DNA of 64,000 bases from an uncultured Nitrososphaerota archaeon (lineage in GTDB: Archaea > Thermoproteota > Nitrososphaeria > Nitrososphaerales > CADDZS01): positions 1,504,001 to 1,568,000 of the forward strand of contig CAWCYI010000004.1 in NCBI GenBank assembly GCA_963799845.1, given 5' to 3'. The notes below the pieces were generated by a model. It was given only the letters and a program-made list of their open reading frames with translations, made no database searches and was not told the DNA's origin. Within the stretch, counting starts at the first letter, position 1. Every line of letters begins with the position of its first letter. Shown one piece after another: positions 19,574-30,751 of the stretch. The position numbers were made by a program, and so were the translations under genes.

Positions 19574-20020
19574 ATGATCGATGTAGAAATTGCAAATGAA
19601 TCAGATCTCGACGTCTTGGTTGGAATGAACGGCGCGGCAAAGGATAATGAATCGAGATCGAGCTTCATTCGTGACTCGGTTCTAAAGGGACAGTGTCTAG
19701 TTTGCAGGGTTGATGGAATCGCCGCAGGTTATGCCATCGTTAACAAGGAATTTTTCGGTGAGGCCTTCATCTGGCTGCTTTTTACCAGCCCCGAGTTTCG
19801 CCGGACCGGAGTCGCGACTTCGCTTATTCGCTACGTCGAACTCAATTGTCACACCGGCAAACTATTCCCCTCAACAAATCAATCAAACAAGAAAATGCAG
19901 AGTTTGATGGATAAACTCGGTTTTAATAAGAGCGGCCGTGTGGATAATCTCGATGAGGGCGATCCGGAGATATTCTACTTCAAGAAATTAGAGAAGCCCG
20001 AGAATCTTAGAATGTTATAA
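19574..20020 (+). CDS. GNAT family acetyltransferase
   Basis: PEFRRTGVATSL acetyl-CoA motif; STNQSN..LGF..NLDEGDPE. Confidence 0.85.
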   Translation: MIDVEIANESDLDVLVGMNGAAKDNESRSSFIRDSVLKGQCLVCRVDGIAAGYAIVNKEFFGEAFIWLLFTSPEFRRTGVATSLIRYVELNCHTGKLFPSTNQSNKKMQSLMDKLGFNKSGRVDNLDEGDPEIFYFKKLEKPENLRML

Positions 20021-20071
20021 TCCCTGAGGAGCGCAAGATGATTAAGAATGATCTAAGAAATATGTGAGATG

Positions 20072-20587
20072 CTACTTGCTCACGAGTTCAATCTTGCACA
20101 CGTGCTTATCATCTTCTACTCTGCAGGTTGTCGAAGAGAGGTACTCGCGTCTGTACATCTTCGTTGCGAGCCCCAGAATAGTTCCCCTAACAAAATTGCA
20201 CGGGTACGAATTTTTCTCTTTGCAAAATACGCAGTTCTTGATCGTGATCGACGATTGGTCACCAAGAACGATGTCGCCCGTGTACGAGACGATGCCCCAG
20301 CCAGCCTTCATCATGAGTTGTGCGAGGAAAGTGGGATCCAATGTTACCTTTTCTGACTCCTCATCCGGCGGAGCGAGTCGCGCCGCTAATTTTGATCCGT
20401 ACGAAAACCCCATCTGTAGAATGATGAGTGGAGCGTTGCTCGAGAACTTGCTGTAAATGCCATCCTCCAGAGACCCCCAAGCGTCAGAGGTCAAGAGAAG
20501 CATTCTCCAACCAGTTAGCTTACTCCTGATTTCCGCTGACTCGGGATCAAACAAGAAGTTGGTTTGAATATCTTGGCTCGACTGCAA
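20072..20587 (-). CDS. V4R (4-vinyl reductase/HNOB-like) domain protein
   Basis: AGWG..NCVFC..PCNFVRG..TCRVEDDKHVC. Confidence 0.8.
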   Translation of the reverse strand: MQSSQDIQTNFLFDPESAEIRSKLTGWRMLLLTSDAWGSLEDGIYSKFSSNAPLIILQMGFSYGSKLAARLAPPDEESEKVTLDPTFLAQLMMKAGWGIVSYTGDIVLGDQSSITIKNCVFCKEKNSYPCNFVRGTILGLATKMYRREYLSSTTCRVEDDKHVCKIELVSK

Positions 20588-20618
20588 GAGCGGATAGATA
20601 GATTGCAGTTCCGAACTA

Positions 20619-21742
20619 ACCTGGCCGACATAAGTTCATAGACACCTGTTGGTCAGAAGGAATTTCTTCATGTCAAGATGCGAGCAAAACCTTCGCGTTC
20701 GATAGTATTCTGCCAGGATTGATTTCAGTTCTTTCAATGACGTCGGAAAGGTTGGAAGCCTTGAGAGATCCTTCTCACCCTCGCGCCAACACTCCTCCAT
20801 CATGTTGAACTCTGGCGAAGCTGTCGGGATCCATCTGACTCTGAGAGTCTTCCTGTTCTTACCCAAATAATCAGTTACGATCCTGGTTTTGTGGTGTTGC
20901 CTTGCTTTGTCAAGGAAGAGATAGAGTGATCCAAACTTCCTGTGCACCTTCTTCAGGTAGTCGAGGAATGTCTCGCCATTGAATTTCTCGTACTGCCTGA
21001 AGATTTGTGTCCCGTCCAGGCTGATCGCTCCAAACACCACGGTGTTGCCGTGCGAGCCTGACACAATCCGAATCGGTCGAATCCCTTTGACCGCCCACAC
21101 CCTTTTGGTTTCTATGTTCTGGACGAAGATTGATTCGTCTTCGGATGCTACGGTGAAGCCTTCCGGGATATTCCTGAGGAGTCTTGCGGTCCTTTTTTAA
21201 ATTCGAGCCTCTCTTCGAGGGAAGCCTTGTGAAGTAACCTCTTGTCAGGGACAATTGCTCTCACTCCCCACTTCTGCATCAACCTGTAGATGTGTCTCTC
21301 AGTGTATGCCACGTCTGCTTCCTTGCGGATCATCTCCCTGACCTCCTTCACGGTCCAGCCGCATTCGTTCTTCACGACCTTCCTCTTCACCGCAATGAAC
21401 TTGTTGTGATCGAGCTTCGGAGGTCTCCCGCTCCTTTCCATCGTCTTGAGTCCTTCTAGCCCATCTTTCTCGAAACGTCTAAGCCACGGTGTCGTCCATG
21501 ATTTGTGCCGGTGAACTTCCCTTGCTACGTGCGACGCCGGGACACCCTCGTACTTGACCTTCAGAACGAGGAATATCCTCTTGCTTACGTTTGCGTCCCT
21601 CTCCTCTCTATAAGCCTCTTCAACAATCTCCTTCGGTGCCTGTAATCGAGACATACAACCTGAGATAGGAAGGGAAGTTGGCCAAAAATGAGAATGTCTA
21701 GGTCTGTGGCCCTTTCAGTCTAATAATTTATGTCGGCCAGGT
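20619..21742 (-). mobile_element. IS630-family insertion sequence
   Basis: perfect 15-bp TIR acctggccgacataa at both ends, flanked by duplicated TA (20617-18, 21743-44). Confidence 0.92.
20636..21654 (-). CDS. IS630 transposase, two ORFs joined by a -1 frameshift at TTTAAAAAAG (about 21192-21201)
   Basis: HTH ORF (RSGRPPKL), then EDES / LDKARQH / SPEFNMME DDE triad in the -1 frame. Confidence 0.88.
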
Positions 21743-21868
21743 TAATTTAGCAGAGAGGTAGAGAGAGTACTGATCGAGAATACTTTCCCCGATAATTGAG
21801 AATCTTACCATTTGAAAAGTTCCCATACCGTAGGGCATAAATCGACCAAATCTTGAGACCTTCGCCAG

Positions 21869-23398
21869 TTGACAACCACGACAAAGAGCTCGTCGAGAAG
21901 TAAGCTCACCAGCCCGACCGCGATCCTGCTGTACATCGCCTTTGCTGATTTCGCATTTCACATGGTGATCGCAGGTAATTACGGTTACTTTCGGGACGAA
22001 CTTTACTATATCGTAGCGGGACAGCGCCTTGCTTTCGGCTACGTGGATTTTCCGCCGATGATAGCTTTACTCGCTGCGATCATGAACGTTCTCGCGGGCG
22101 ACTCGCTCGTGTCGATTCACGTCATACCCGCAATTGCGGGAGCTGCAATTGTTTTCCTTGCCGGCAAGATAGCGAGCGAATTCGGTGGTGGGATAAAGGC
22201 GCAGGTGCTCGCTGCTGTCGCGGCGATGTTTTCCGCCTCGTTTGCAGTAGCTTCGATTTTCTCCATGGACGTTCTGGACATGCTTTGGTGGACTGTTCTC
22301 GCCTACCTGCTCGTCCGGATAATAAAACGGGAAAACAGGGAGCCGAAGCTCTGGCTGATCTTTGGAGTCGTTGTCGGCATCGGTCTCATGACGAAACTCA
22401 CGATGGCGTTTTTCCTTATTTCGGTACTTATGGCACTGCTCGTCGCAAGACGATCATACCTCAAATCGCCGTGGGTCTGGATCTCCGCTGCAATTGCACT
22501 CGCGATCCTATCTCCGTACGTTGTCTGGAACGCTCTAAACGGCTGGCCGACTGTCGACTTTTTCTTCCACCACGGCGGCTTGAATGGCGGCGGCCCGATT
22601 TCATTCCTTACAAGTCAGATCTTGATCGCGGGGCTTCTCGGACTGCCCCTTGCGATTCTGGGGCTGTACTATTTCTTCAGGTCAAAATCGGGACGGCCCT
22701 ATGCCGTGCTCGGAGTTTCGTTCGTGGTTTTGCTTATCGTGTTCACGCTCACAAATGGCAAGCCGTACTTCTTCATGGGGGCGTATCCGTTCGCATTTGC
22801 TGGCGGGGCTGTCCTGCTCGAGAAGCAGCGCTGGATCTGGCCCAGTTATCTGACAGGAGTAATTTTGATCGGAGTTTTACTTGCCCCGGCATATGCTCCG
22901 GTTCTTCTCCCCCAGACATTTGTAAAATACTACAGTGGACTTACAGGCGTCGCGAACGGAGCGAGCGCGCAGCAGAACGCAGGTGCCTTTCCGCAATACC
23001 TTGGCGATCGTTTTGGGTGGGACACCATGACGGCCACGGTCGCACAAGTTTACGATAACTTGCCGGCTCAGGAGCGAGCTCAAGCCTGCATTCTGACTGA
23101 GAATTACGGGGAAGCGAGCGCTCTAACTTTCCTCGGTAAACCTGACCACCTACCGCCAGTGATCAGCGGCCACAACAACTACTACCTGTGGGGACCTGGA
23201 AACTGCACCGGAGCGGTTCTGATAATAATCGGATACAGTCCGAGCCAGTTCCAAAACTCGTTCAGGAATATCACGATTGCCGGCAATATCACCTGTACTT
23301 ACTGCATGTCCGATGAGGATAATCTGCCGGTAATCGTGGCAACGGGACTGAACGTCTCAGTCAGCGGTGCTTGGGCGTCGCTGAAGCACTTTGACTGA
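21869..23398 (+). CDS. glycosyltransferase family 39 (ArnT/PMT-like) membrane protein
   Basis: YGYFRDELYY..LAFGYVDFPP, multiple TMs, NYGEASA..SGHNNYYLWGP. Confidence 0.88.
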   Translation: MTTTTKSSSRSKLTSPTAILLYIAFADFAFHMVIAGNYGYFRDELYYIVAGQRLAFGYVDFPPMIALLAAIMNVLAGDSLVSIHVIPAIAGAAIVFLAGKIASEFGGGIKAQVLAAVAAMFSASFAVASIFSMDVLDMLWWTVLAYLLVRIIKRENREPKLWLIFGVVVGIGLMTKLTMAFFLISVLMALLVARRSYLKSPWVWISAAIALAILSPYVVWNALNGWPTVDFFFHHGGLNGGGPISFLTSQILIAGLLGLPLAILGLYYFFRSKSGRPYAVLGVSFVVLLIVFTLTNGKPYFFMGAYPFAFAGGAVLLEKQRWIWPSYLTGVILIGVLLAPAYAPVLLPQTFVKYYSGLTGVANGASAQQNAGAFPQYLGDRFGWDTMTATVAQVYDNLPAQERAQACILTENYGEASALTFLGKPDHLPPVISGHNNYYLWGPGNCTGAVLIIIGYSPSQFQNSFRNITIAGNITCTYCMSDEDNLPVIVATGLNVSVSGAWASLKHFD

Positions 23399-23422
23399 TC
23401 ATTGAAAAGGGACTATGCGAGG

Positions 23423-26075
23423 GGCAATCGAACTTTACTTTTGATCCTACCGTGATTGGAACTGGAACCACGGCCTGGGCCACTTCAAATGATTATGGCG
23501 ATCACGTTTGCCAAGCAAACGGACTGTACTGGTTTTACTATGGAAACGCGAGCAGGCATCCCCGTTTATAGAACAAGTACGAACGGATCTACCTGGAGTT
23601 CAACTAAGAATTTCACAAGTCAAATCGCAACAAATTTTGAAGGTCCTTTCTCGATGTATTGATCCGGAACGAGTGTTTACTATGAGGGCTCAATTGATTC
23701 CAGTTCTCAGGCTAAATTCTGGTGGGGCGACGGAACGATGCAGAGCAATGGCACTGTCACTTGGACTTACCAGAAATCCGTGACAACCGGAAATAAAGGA
23801 GTCCAGGACGGATCGATAGCTGTCGACTCTAGCGGCAACCTCTGGGTATCAGAATTCGAGAGTTCCCCGAGCAATCAGATTGAAGTTTTCAAATCAACAA
23901 ATCTTGCGACGAATTCATGGAGCAACAAGCTCACAATCACCAGCGGGCTGACAGGATCGCTTTACGCTACTCAAATTGTTCCTCTGACAAGCGGCAAGGT
24001 TGCTCTTCTTTGGGGAGGTGCGGCAACTACCAAGACTGCAATTTCCATCCGTGAGTATTCAGGTACCTCGTGGAGTTCGGCCGTCGCTACTGGAATAACA
24101 ACACTGGTAATGGGACGTTCTATGGCAGTGGCGTTGGGAGATACAGTCGAACTTGCGACAACAGGGGATGTTGACATTTACTACTATTCGTTAACTTACG
24201 GATCATCATCTTGGTCTTCATCGACAACCATAGCAACTTCGACGTTCAGCAGCTCATACGCGGGGATAAGCACCGATGGAAACAAACTGCTGGTCATCTC
24301 ATATTTGATGAACGCTAACTTACTGCAGTACGTGTCCTCGTCCAATTCGGGAGGAAGCTGGAGTGAACCAGTAACGGTCAGTACTTCCCTGGGCACATCT
24401 GATTACTTGTCCCCATCTCTCTTGATTCAGTCGAATGAATTTCTGATGGGATTCCAGTCTGGTACTAGCTCTCTGTTTAATATACTGTTCATGGCTGAGC
24501 CTGCGATTGTCCCGACCGCGGCGAGCGAACCTCTTCCGTGGAGCCAGCCAGGCCTTTCTCCCTACGAGTCTTACTTCAGCCAGCTAAATGAATCAGTATC
24601 TCCGGGAAATGGATTGGTCGGATTGATTCAAACTGATTTATCCCTGCCTGGACGAAATGGACTAAGCCTCCAGATTTCAAGAGTATATTCGACTCCATAC
24701 TCATTCTTATCGAGTGCAAACACCCCCTTTTGATTATGACAACTATACTCTTGCAAATGTTGGATTGGGATGGTCGCTTAACTTCCCCTGGTTGGGGAAT
24801 TATTATCTTCATCTCATGAATGGAGAAGTTTTTGCGTATAATTGGACTGGCAATGTCTTCATCAATCACAAAACTGTAAATTTTGCTCTTTACGCCAACT
24901 CCAATGGTACGTACACTCTCTATGACCCATCCGGCACGACTTACAAATTCAACGTTCAAAAGCAGCTCACGTCAATAACAGACAGCACTGGAAACAACAC
25001 CATTGCGTTTGCTTATTCTACAAACGGCATATCCAATATTACGGACGATGTCGGGAGAGTCGTGAAATTCGCGTATAACGCCAACCATGAGGTTGCTAAC
25101 ATCACCAATGGTGGCAGGACCTGGTCTTACGTGTATTCGTCAAACGGAAAGTTGAACAGCGTCACTGATCCGGTGGGACGGTTAACTCAATACAACTATT
25201 GGTCCGGCAATCCTTGGTTACTTCAGAACATCATATATCCGTCCGGGGGCAAAACCGGATATTCCTACAGCAGTGCATCAGGAGGGATAGACGTCCTAAC
25301 ATATTATGCGACCCAGCAAAATGCGTACACAAACACTTCTAGTTCTTCCCTCACGAATAGTACAAGCTTTTCCTATCACATACTGAATGGTCAAATTCAA
25401 TGGGTTAACACGACGACTGCTACTGGCACAGGAGCCGAGCAGAATAATCTCAATTTCAGCTTTACCGGCTCTACTGTACAGTTAGTCAACATCAAAAACG
25501 CGACTTCCCAAGTAATCGACAATCAGAAGTCCATATTCAATCCGTCCTCCTTCCAGCAAAATGAAAGTCAACTGTTGTCATCTGCTAACAGCGCGATCTC
25601 TTCTTCAAATGTAAAGTATGACAATTGGGGTAATGTTATCTTTAGGGAGGATCCGTTGGGTCGCGAAATCTATTATTCATATTCCAACACTAACACCAGT
25701 AATTCTTTCTCCGGATCTTCCGGTTTTACTAACAGCTTTTAAAGTAACTCGATAAATTCAAGCATACATAATTTACTTCTGGGGGTCGCAGATTATCAGA
25801 ACGGGTATGGTAGTGCACCTCAGGAAATCTATTTCCAATATAATTCAGCGGGAGAATTGACCCAGTCAAAACAGTTGCACAAAGTCGGTAGCTCGAATAC
25901 GTGGATAGTTACGTCGTCCACTTATGACAAGTATGGAAACGAATTAACAATGAAAGATGCTCTTAATCGTACCACATATAACCAATACTCACCGTCGTAC
26001 GAGAGTGCATACTTGACACAGTCCAGTATCCACACCACAAAGATTCGGATCTGCCTATCACGACGAACAAGCTAA
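23423..26075 (+). pseudogene. RHS/YD-repeat extracellular protein, truncated and disrupted
   Basis: BNR-like repeats, VSPGNG..DLSLPGRNGLSLQISRVY..GLGWSLNFP, YD repeats; in-frame TGA 23660, TAA 25740, frameshifts near 23548 and 24725. Confidence 0.82.
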
Positions 26076-26406
26076 TACTACTTTGCAGATTTCTCACAGT
26101 GGGATCAACTATGTAAGAGCCTGGGCCGAAGCAGGAAGCGAAGCGGGTGCGCAGTCGGTTATAGGATAATGACAAATCTACGGCTTTGAGCCATCCCGTC
26201 CTCAATTTTGAGAGCTTGTCCGTAACCTAGACAATGTGGGATTTGAAAGGAACAGATAATAGTCCCACCGGCGGCCTTCTCTTTGTTTCAGTGAGCGCCC
26301 CCGTGTGAATCTGTTCCAGTTTTTTCGAGACGAGCCGTAAGTTGTTCCAACTGATTCTCTCAAGGCCCTTGATTGGCGGCTAACTAGAAACCAAACAACT
26401 CTAAAT

Positions 26407-27219
26407 TCAGTCGAGAAATTTTTCCGCGTAGACATTGATTCCCTTTTCTGTAATACTGTAGGGGTGAAGCTGCCTGTCATGCTTGCACTCTCTCATCTTC
26501 TCGATTTCAAGCAGCGAGACTATTCCTCTGCCGGGAACATGTGTATTGTGAAGCACTATCGATCCATGAGAGAGGTACTCTTCTGGAGGAATTTCCCTTT
26601 GCGTCAATGAGTATCCGAAGTGAGTTCCGATTTCGCTCGTGACGAGGCTCGTTGTTCCCAGGCTAGCGAGAGAATCAAAAAGATCAATAATCGCACTTCT
26701 TCTCTGTGAAGTTTCTTCAAATTGCAAAGAAAGTGAGGTTATGGGATCAATTGCGATTCGAGTCGCCCGCGTAGTTCTAGCATAAGTCCTAACAACTGTG
26801 CTGAGTGCTTGAATGGAGAAGCGAGGTCCCATAATGTGAACTTCTTTTTCGGATTCGCTCAAATCATCAGTTGCACTCTCTGCGCCATTGGACTCTTTTA
26901 TTGCCTGTCTGAGAGGACTCGCGTCAACGATCGCGATCTGATTTTTCTTTTCGTACTTTGCGAGATCCCATCCATAATTCGCCATCTCGTTCGTAAGGTG
27001 ATATTTGCTCTCCTCAAGCGAAACGAATATTCCCCTTTCGTCAAAGCGTTCAACGCCATCGACGAGGAACTGCATGCTCATGAGCGTTTTGCCTGAACCG
27101 GGTCCGCCGCTTATCAAAATCACGCGACTGCGCGGATATCCCCCTCCCAGCAGACTGTCAAGACCGATAATTCCGCTCGGAACATGCTCAGATTTCGAGC
27201 TGGTAACCTGCGCGCCCAT
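26407..27219 (-). CDS. KaiC/RAD55-family RecA-superfamily ATPase (single domain)
   Basis: SGIIGLDSLLGGG, GGPGSGKT, FVSLEES, IAIDP, IEKMR. Confidence 0.9.
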   Translation of the reverse strand: MGAQVTSSKSEHVPSGIIGLDSLLGGGYPRSRVILISGGPGSGKTLMSMQFLVDGVERFDERGIFVSLEESKYHLTNEMANYGWDLAKYEKKNQIAIVDASPLRQAIKESNGAESATDDLSESEKEVHIMGPRFSIQALSTVVRTYARTTRATRIAIDPITSLSLQFEETSQRRSAIIDLFDSLASLGTTSLVTSEIGTHFGYSLTQREIPPEEYLSHGSIVLHNTHVPGRGIVSLLEIEKMRECKHDRQLHPYSITEKGINVYAEKFLD

Positions 27220-27467
27220 TATGAAAAAACGAACCTGGAATCTGTACTTGGAATCCTTGACTATTAAACTCCAAATGTCGAGCACCGATAGTAGCGCAAT
27301 TTGATATCATATTCCCTCCCAATCCTAAGAGAGCCGCGAATGATAGAAGAAAGAACTGGAGGTCATCGCAAGTGGATTTTTTGCCATTCAAGGAGTTTTT
27401 ACTTTTTCAGGGACCAACTCGCAAGGGTAAGCTCTTCGATCTTCAAAGTAATTTTTGTTTCCTAACC

Positions 27468-28949
27468 TCACGAAGCAGAAGATTTGGAAAAGGGTTTTGT
27501 TGTCTGACTGATAGGCACTTCCAACGGTCCCAATTCCCCAACAAAGGGTGATTCGAATAGTCTCTTGACCTGTACACCCAAGGAATCAAGGGTTAAGTGA
27601 TTTTGAAACAGATTCTGGATTAGGTTTGAGATTCTCTCCTCATGGGCTCCCTGTGTGGCGAGGAACGCAGCGATGATCTTATCGTCAGACAGAATCTCAT
27701 TAGCCCGTCTAATGAATTTGTGACTATTCTCGAAACCTTCGGAGAGTATCATGTCTGATATGTTATCGAATATTATCGCAACCCCGGATGTCGACACCGA
27801 GTCGATCGTATTTCGAAGAGTATCAAGCAGGATTGTCGGGTCGTCCTCAGGTACAAGCATTTCGTTCGCCTGGTCGGTGGAGCAGGGATAAGACGTCGTC
27901 GATGTCATGACGTAAAATCGAGCATCTCTCATTTTGGAAAGCGTACAGTAGATTCTACTTGCCTTCGGAGTGAACACGAACAGCAAGTATCCGTTCGATA
28001 CGAGCTCGACTGCAAGATCCTTCACATACTTTTCGTAGTGGGTCGATGAGTCGACTTCCAACAAGTAGTTTCCGGGGGGCATCGGGCCCTGCATTCCTGC
28101 CCGCTTGGTAAAAGGAAAACTGGGGCCGAGTCCGTCAAAGATTATTGTGGGCTCAAAGAAGCTAGAGAGCAGCGACGTCCGGCGGAACAATCTCGCACTA
28201 AGCCCGAACATTATTGCCGCGAGCAAGTACCCTATCGCGACTGCGTCAAGACCCTGTGATAAAATGTAGCCGTTAACAATAACCAAGTCTAAGCCTATGA
28301 CACACCAAAGAATTGGCAACAATAGGAGGGCGCCTCGCGCCTGATTGTTTCTTGTTTTGCTTCGCGCTGCGATGAAAAGCAACGAAGGGAACGCAGCGAA
28401 CATCCCGAGGACTGAGACTAATAGCAGGAGAAGTGTGCGGCTCATAATAGCGGACTGGACGGGAACGCCGAACAAATTGTGGTCTGTGATGACTGAATAC
28501 GGTTTCAAAATCACAAGGTAAAGGTCGGTCGCCCCGATCAAAGCAGTGGCTAAGACAAACGTCGGCCCGACCAATTTATGACGTAGTATAAATGAGATTG
28601 AGCTCTTTACTCCGCTTGTCAGAGGGCGGATGTAGATTAGACAAGCAACTATAGTCAAAAGTTCTACATCCCATAAAACAAAACTGGTGCCACCAACGGT
28701 ATAATAAAACATGAAATTTGATCCAGATATGAAATTCCTCAAGATTTCCAGGACTATGACTCCACCGAAAAATAGGTGGACCAAAATCAAAAGGGTCTTC
28801 AGTTCTGGATGATATTTTCCAGATTGACGGTAGACGTAAAACCCGGAAATCGACGTCAGCGCTATGGTCAGAAAATCTACTAAGATAGTGGGAATCTCTC
28901 CCAGCACAAACGCGCTCATTTTTAGGTGAATGAACGGGTTTTGCCCCAA
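27468..28949 (-). CDS. 7-TM membrane sensor-like protein with C-terminal inactive KaiC-like (DUF835-like) domain
   Basis: seven hydrophobic helices, then IIFDNISDMI..GFENSHKFI..GAHEERI; adjacent to the KaiC gene. Confidence 0.65.
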   Translation of the reverse strand: MGQNPFIHLKMSAFVLGEIPTILVDFLTIALTSISGFYVYRQSGKYHPELKTLLILVHLFFGGVIVLEILRNFISGSNFMFYYTVGGTSFVLWDVELLTIVACLIYIRPLTSGVKSSISFILRHKLVGPTFVLATALIGATDLYLVILKPYSVITDHNLFGVPVQSAIMSRTLLLLLVSVLGMFAAFPSLLFIAARSKTRNNQARGALLLLPILWCVIGLDLVIVNGYILSQGLDAVAIGYLLAAIMFGLSARLFRRTSLLSSFFEPTIIFDGLGPSFPFTKRAGMQGPMPPGNYLLEVDSSTHYEKYVKDLAVELVSNGYLLFVFTPKASRIYCTLSKMRDARFYVMTSTTSYPCSTDQANEMLVPEDDPTILLDTLRNTIDSVSTSGVAIIFDNISDMILSEGFENSHKFIRRANEILSDDKIIAAFLATQGAHEERISNLIQNLFQNHLTLDSLGVQVKRLFESPFVGELGPLEVPISQTTKPFSKSSAS

Positions 28950-29220
28950 AAAAGGGTTAGGGCGGGAGACGTTTTTTGTAACCCCTATCTCCGGGAAAAG
29001 GTCACACCTTTTGGTACCCGAAAGAAGGAATTTCTCCCACTTTGGAAACTCTATCGGTTCTTCATCATCGTCTGCCCAGCGTCAATGTTCCAATCCCGGT
29101 GAAAATGTCCAGAGTCTCTCGAAAATACTTTGTCACTACAGTGACTAATTCGAAAGCCGATCTAGCACAAAACGATAGTATAGCACCCATCTTTCCTTCG
29201 TGACTTAAAGCGATTTAACA

Positions 29221-30738
29221 ATGAATGAGGAAAGCAATAATTTGCCCGGCTGGAATAGCAGACAAACGAGTCACGTTGGAGAGAGAAATGATATTGCCCT
29301 AAACCTCATGGTCAACCAGTTCGAAGCTCCACGGTGCCCGATATGCAGTAAAAAAATAGTCCAAGGCGTCTGCGAGACACACGGAACTATCTGCGAAACT
29401 TGCGGAACGATCTACCAGGATCCTTTCTGCTCCAACTGTTATCCTTCCGTATCGGGGCAGTTAGGCGAAGGAAATTACTATGCAGCAAGTCGAGGGGCTC
29501 GACCAAATCCTAGGACGCTTCGCTTGGGCGAACAGGGAATTCCCGCAAAGGAATTTGGTGCGATAACAGGTCGCCACTCTGTAACTAGAAAGGAAAGCAA
29601 CATACTCAGGGCTGCGACAGATGAAGAACCAGCTAGAAGGAAGATACGACAGAAAGCCGAGGCTGCCATAAAGTGGCTTAACCTTCCTCGAAACAAAGAG
29701 ATGGAACTGGCTGAAACTGTCGAGAGAACTGCTGTCTCTCTAATCACCAGATACAAGACGGGGGCATCGTTATCCGGTCGCAAGATTCACGTTTCAATCG
29801 AAAAAGTTGTAGAGTATTGTCTACTCACTGAAGCAAAAAAAATCGGCAGAAGTATTCGAGAAGTTCAGGAAGCTCTCGCCAAGGCAGGATTCAATATCAA
29901 ACTGCAAATGTTTCCATTGAGAATAGCGGTGCCATACGACCATGAGATTTCATCTGTGAAGATGTACGTCAATGGTTGGAGCCGGAACCAGGGGTTTTTC
30001 AAACCAAAGCAGGTTGGCGATGGTCCGATCGGCAGAGAATACAGCGTTAATGTCCAGACACTACTTTCAGACACCATTGATCAAAAGGGGAGAATAGGAG
30101 AGCAAAGTTGGATCAAAGTCCATTTTGAAAACGCTGTCATCCTTCCGGACGAATCGGTCGCTGACAAAGTAATCAGTAGGCAGAACAAAGGCAGATGGTA
30201 TTCGTTATCACATCAACGCACAATTGAAAAAAGGGGTAGAATTGGCTTCCTTCAAAAAGATCCCAACACCATTTGGCTGAAGCCGAACGCGGAAAAATGC
30301 TTTGCCTTGTTCAAGGACATGAACCGCATGCTGGAACGAAGCTCGAGCGGTGCAGTGACCGGACAATTGTCTAACTTGAATATTGCAACGTCCACTTCTG
30401 CCGAAATTGAAGGCTCGATCAGACAGCATCTTTCTTTGCCCTCAAAGAAATTCCCGGCGTCTGCTGCTCTGATGCAAAGGGCGTGTTGCCTTGCGAAGGT
30501 CGAACGAAGAAGCGTAGAGTTGTTTCGCGAATCGCTGAAGGACTCGGAAGGAAAATCACAGAAAACATTAGCTCACGACGCCCTTGTTAGAGCCGACCAG
30601 GAAGTCTACTCTTCGCTGTCGCCTTCTGTTAAATTGGCTTTGAGAGCCTACGTCTCTACGCTTCCTCTGAGGAGAAGAGATAGATGCTACACAGGAGTGA
30701 AAGGATTGCTCATACTTAGTGAAGTGTTCCCTGGTTGA
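29221..30738 (+). CDS. divergent TFIIB/TFB-like protein (Zn ribbon plus two cyclin-like repeats with a large insertion)
   Basis: CPIC..CETCG; WLNLP..AETVERTAVSLI..GR..SIEKVVEYCL..GRSIREV; KVERRSVELFRESLKDSEGKSQKTLAHDAL. Confidence 0.55.
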   Translation: MNEESNNLPGWNSRQTSHVGERNDIALNLMVNQFEAPRCPICSKKIVQGVCETHGTICETCGTIYQDPFCSNCYPSVSGQLGEGNYYAASRGARPNPRTLRLGEQGIPAKEFGAITGRHSVTRKESNILRAATDEEPARRKIRQKAEAAIKWLNLPRNKEMELAETVERTAVSLITRYKTGASLSGRKIHVSIEKVVEYCLLTEAKKIGRSIREVQEALAKAGFNIKLQMFPLRIAVPYDHEISSVKMYVNGWSRNQGFFKPKQVGDGPIGREYSVNVQTLLSDTIDQKGRIGEQSWIKVHFENAVILPDESVADKVISRQNKGRWYSLSHQRTIEKRGRIGFLQKDPNTIWLKPNAEKCFALFKDMNRMLERSSSGAVTGQLSNLNIATSTSAEIEGSIRQHLSLPSKKFPASAALMQRACCLAKVERRSVELFRESLKDSEGKSQKTLAHDALVRADQEVYSSLSPSVKLALRAYVSTLPLRRRDRCYTGVKGLLILSEVFPG

Positions 30739-30751
30739 GCGATCGAAGAAA

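Noticed and set aside
18609-19640. 343-aa version of the DapA-like ORF
   Set aside because: The N-terminal extension overlaps the divergent GNAT gene; family similarity begins at MAKLEG (19490).
28950-29220. att site, tRNA or integrase marking the element's left boundary
   Set aside because: No tRNA-like sequence, direct repeat or recombinase gene was recognisable, so the boundary remains approximate.
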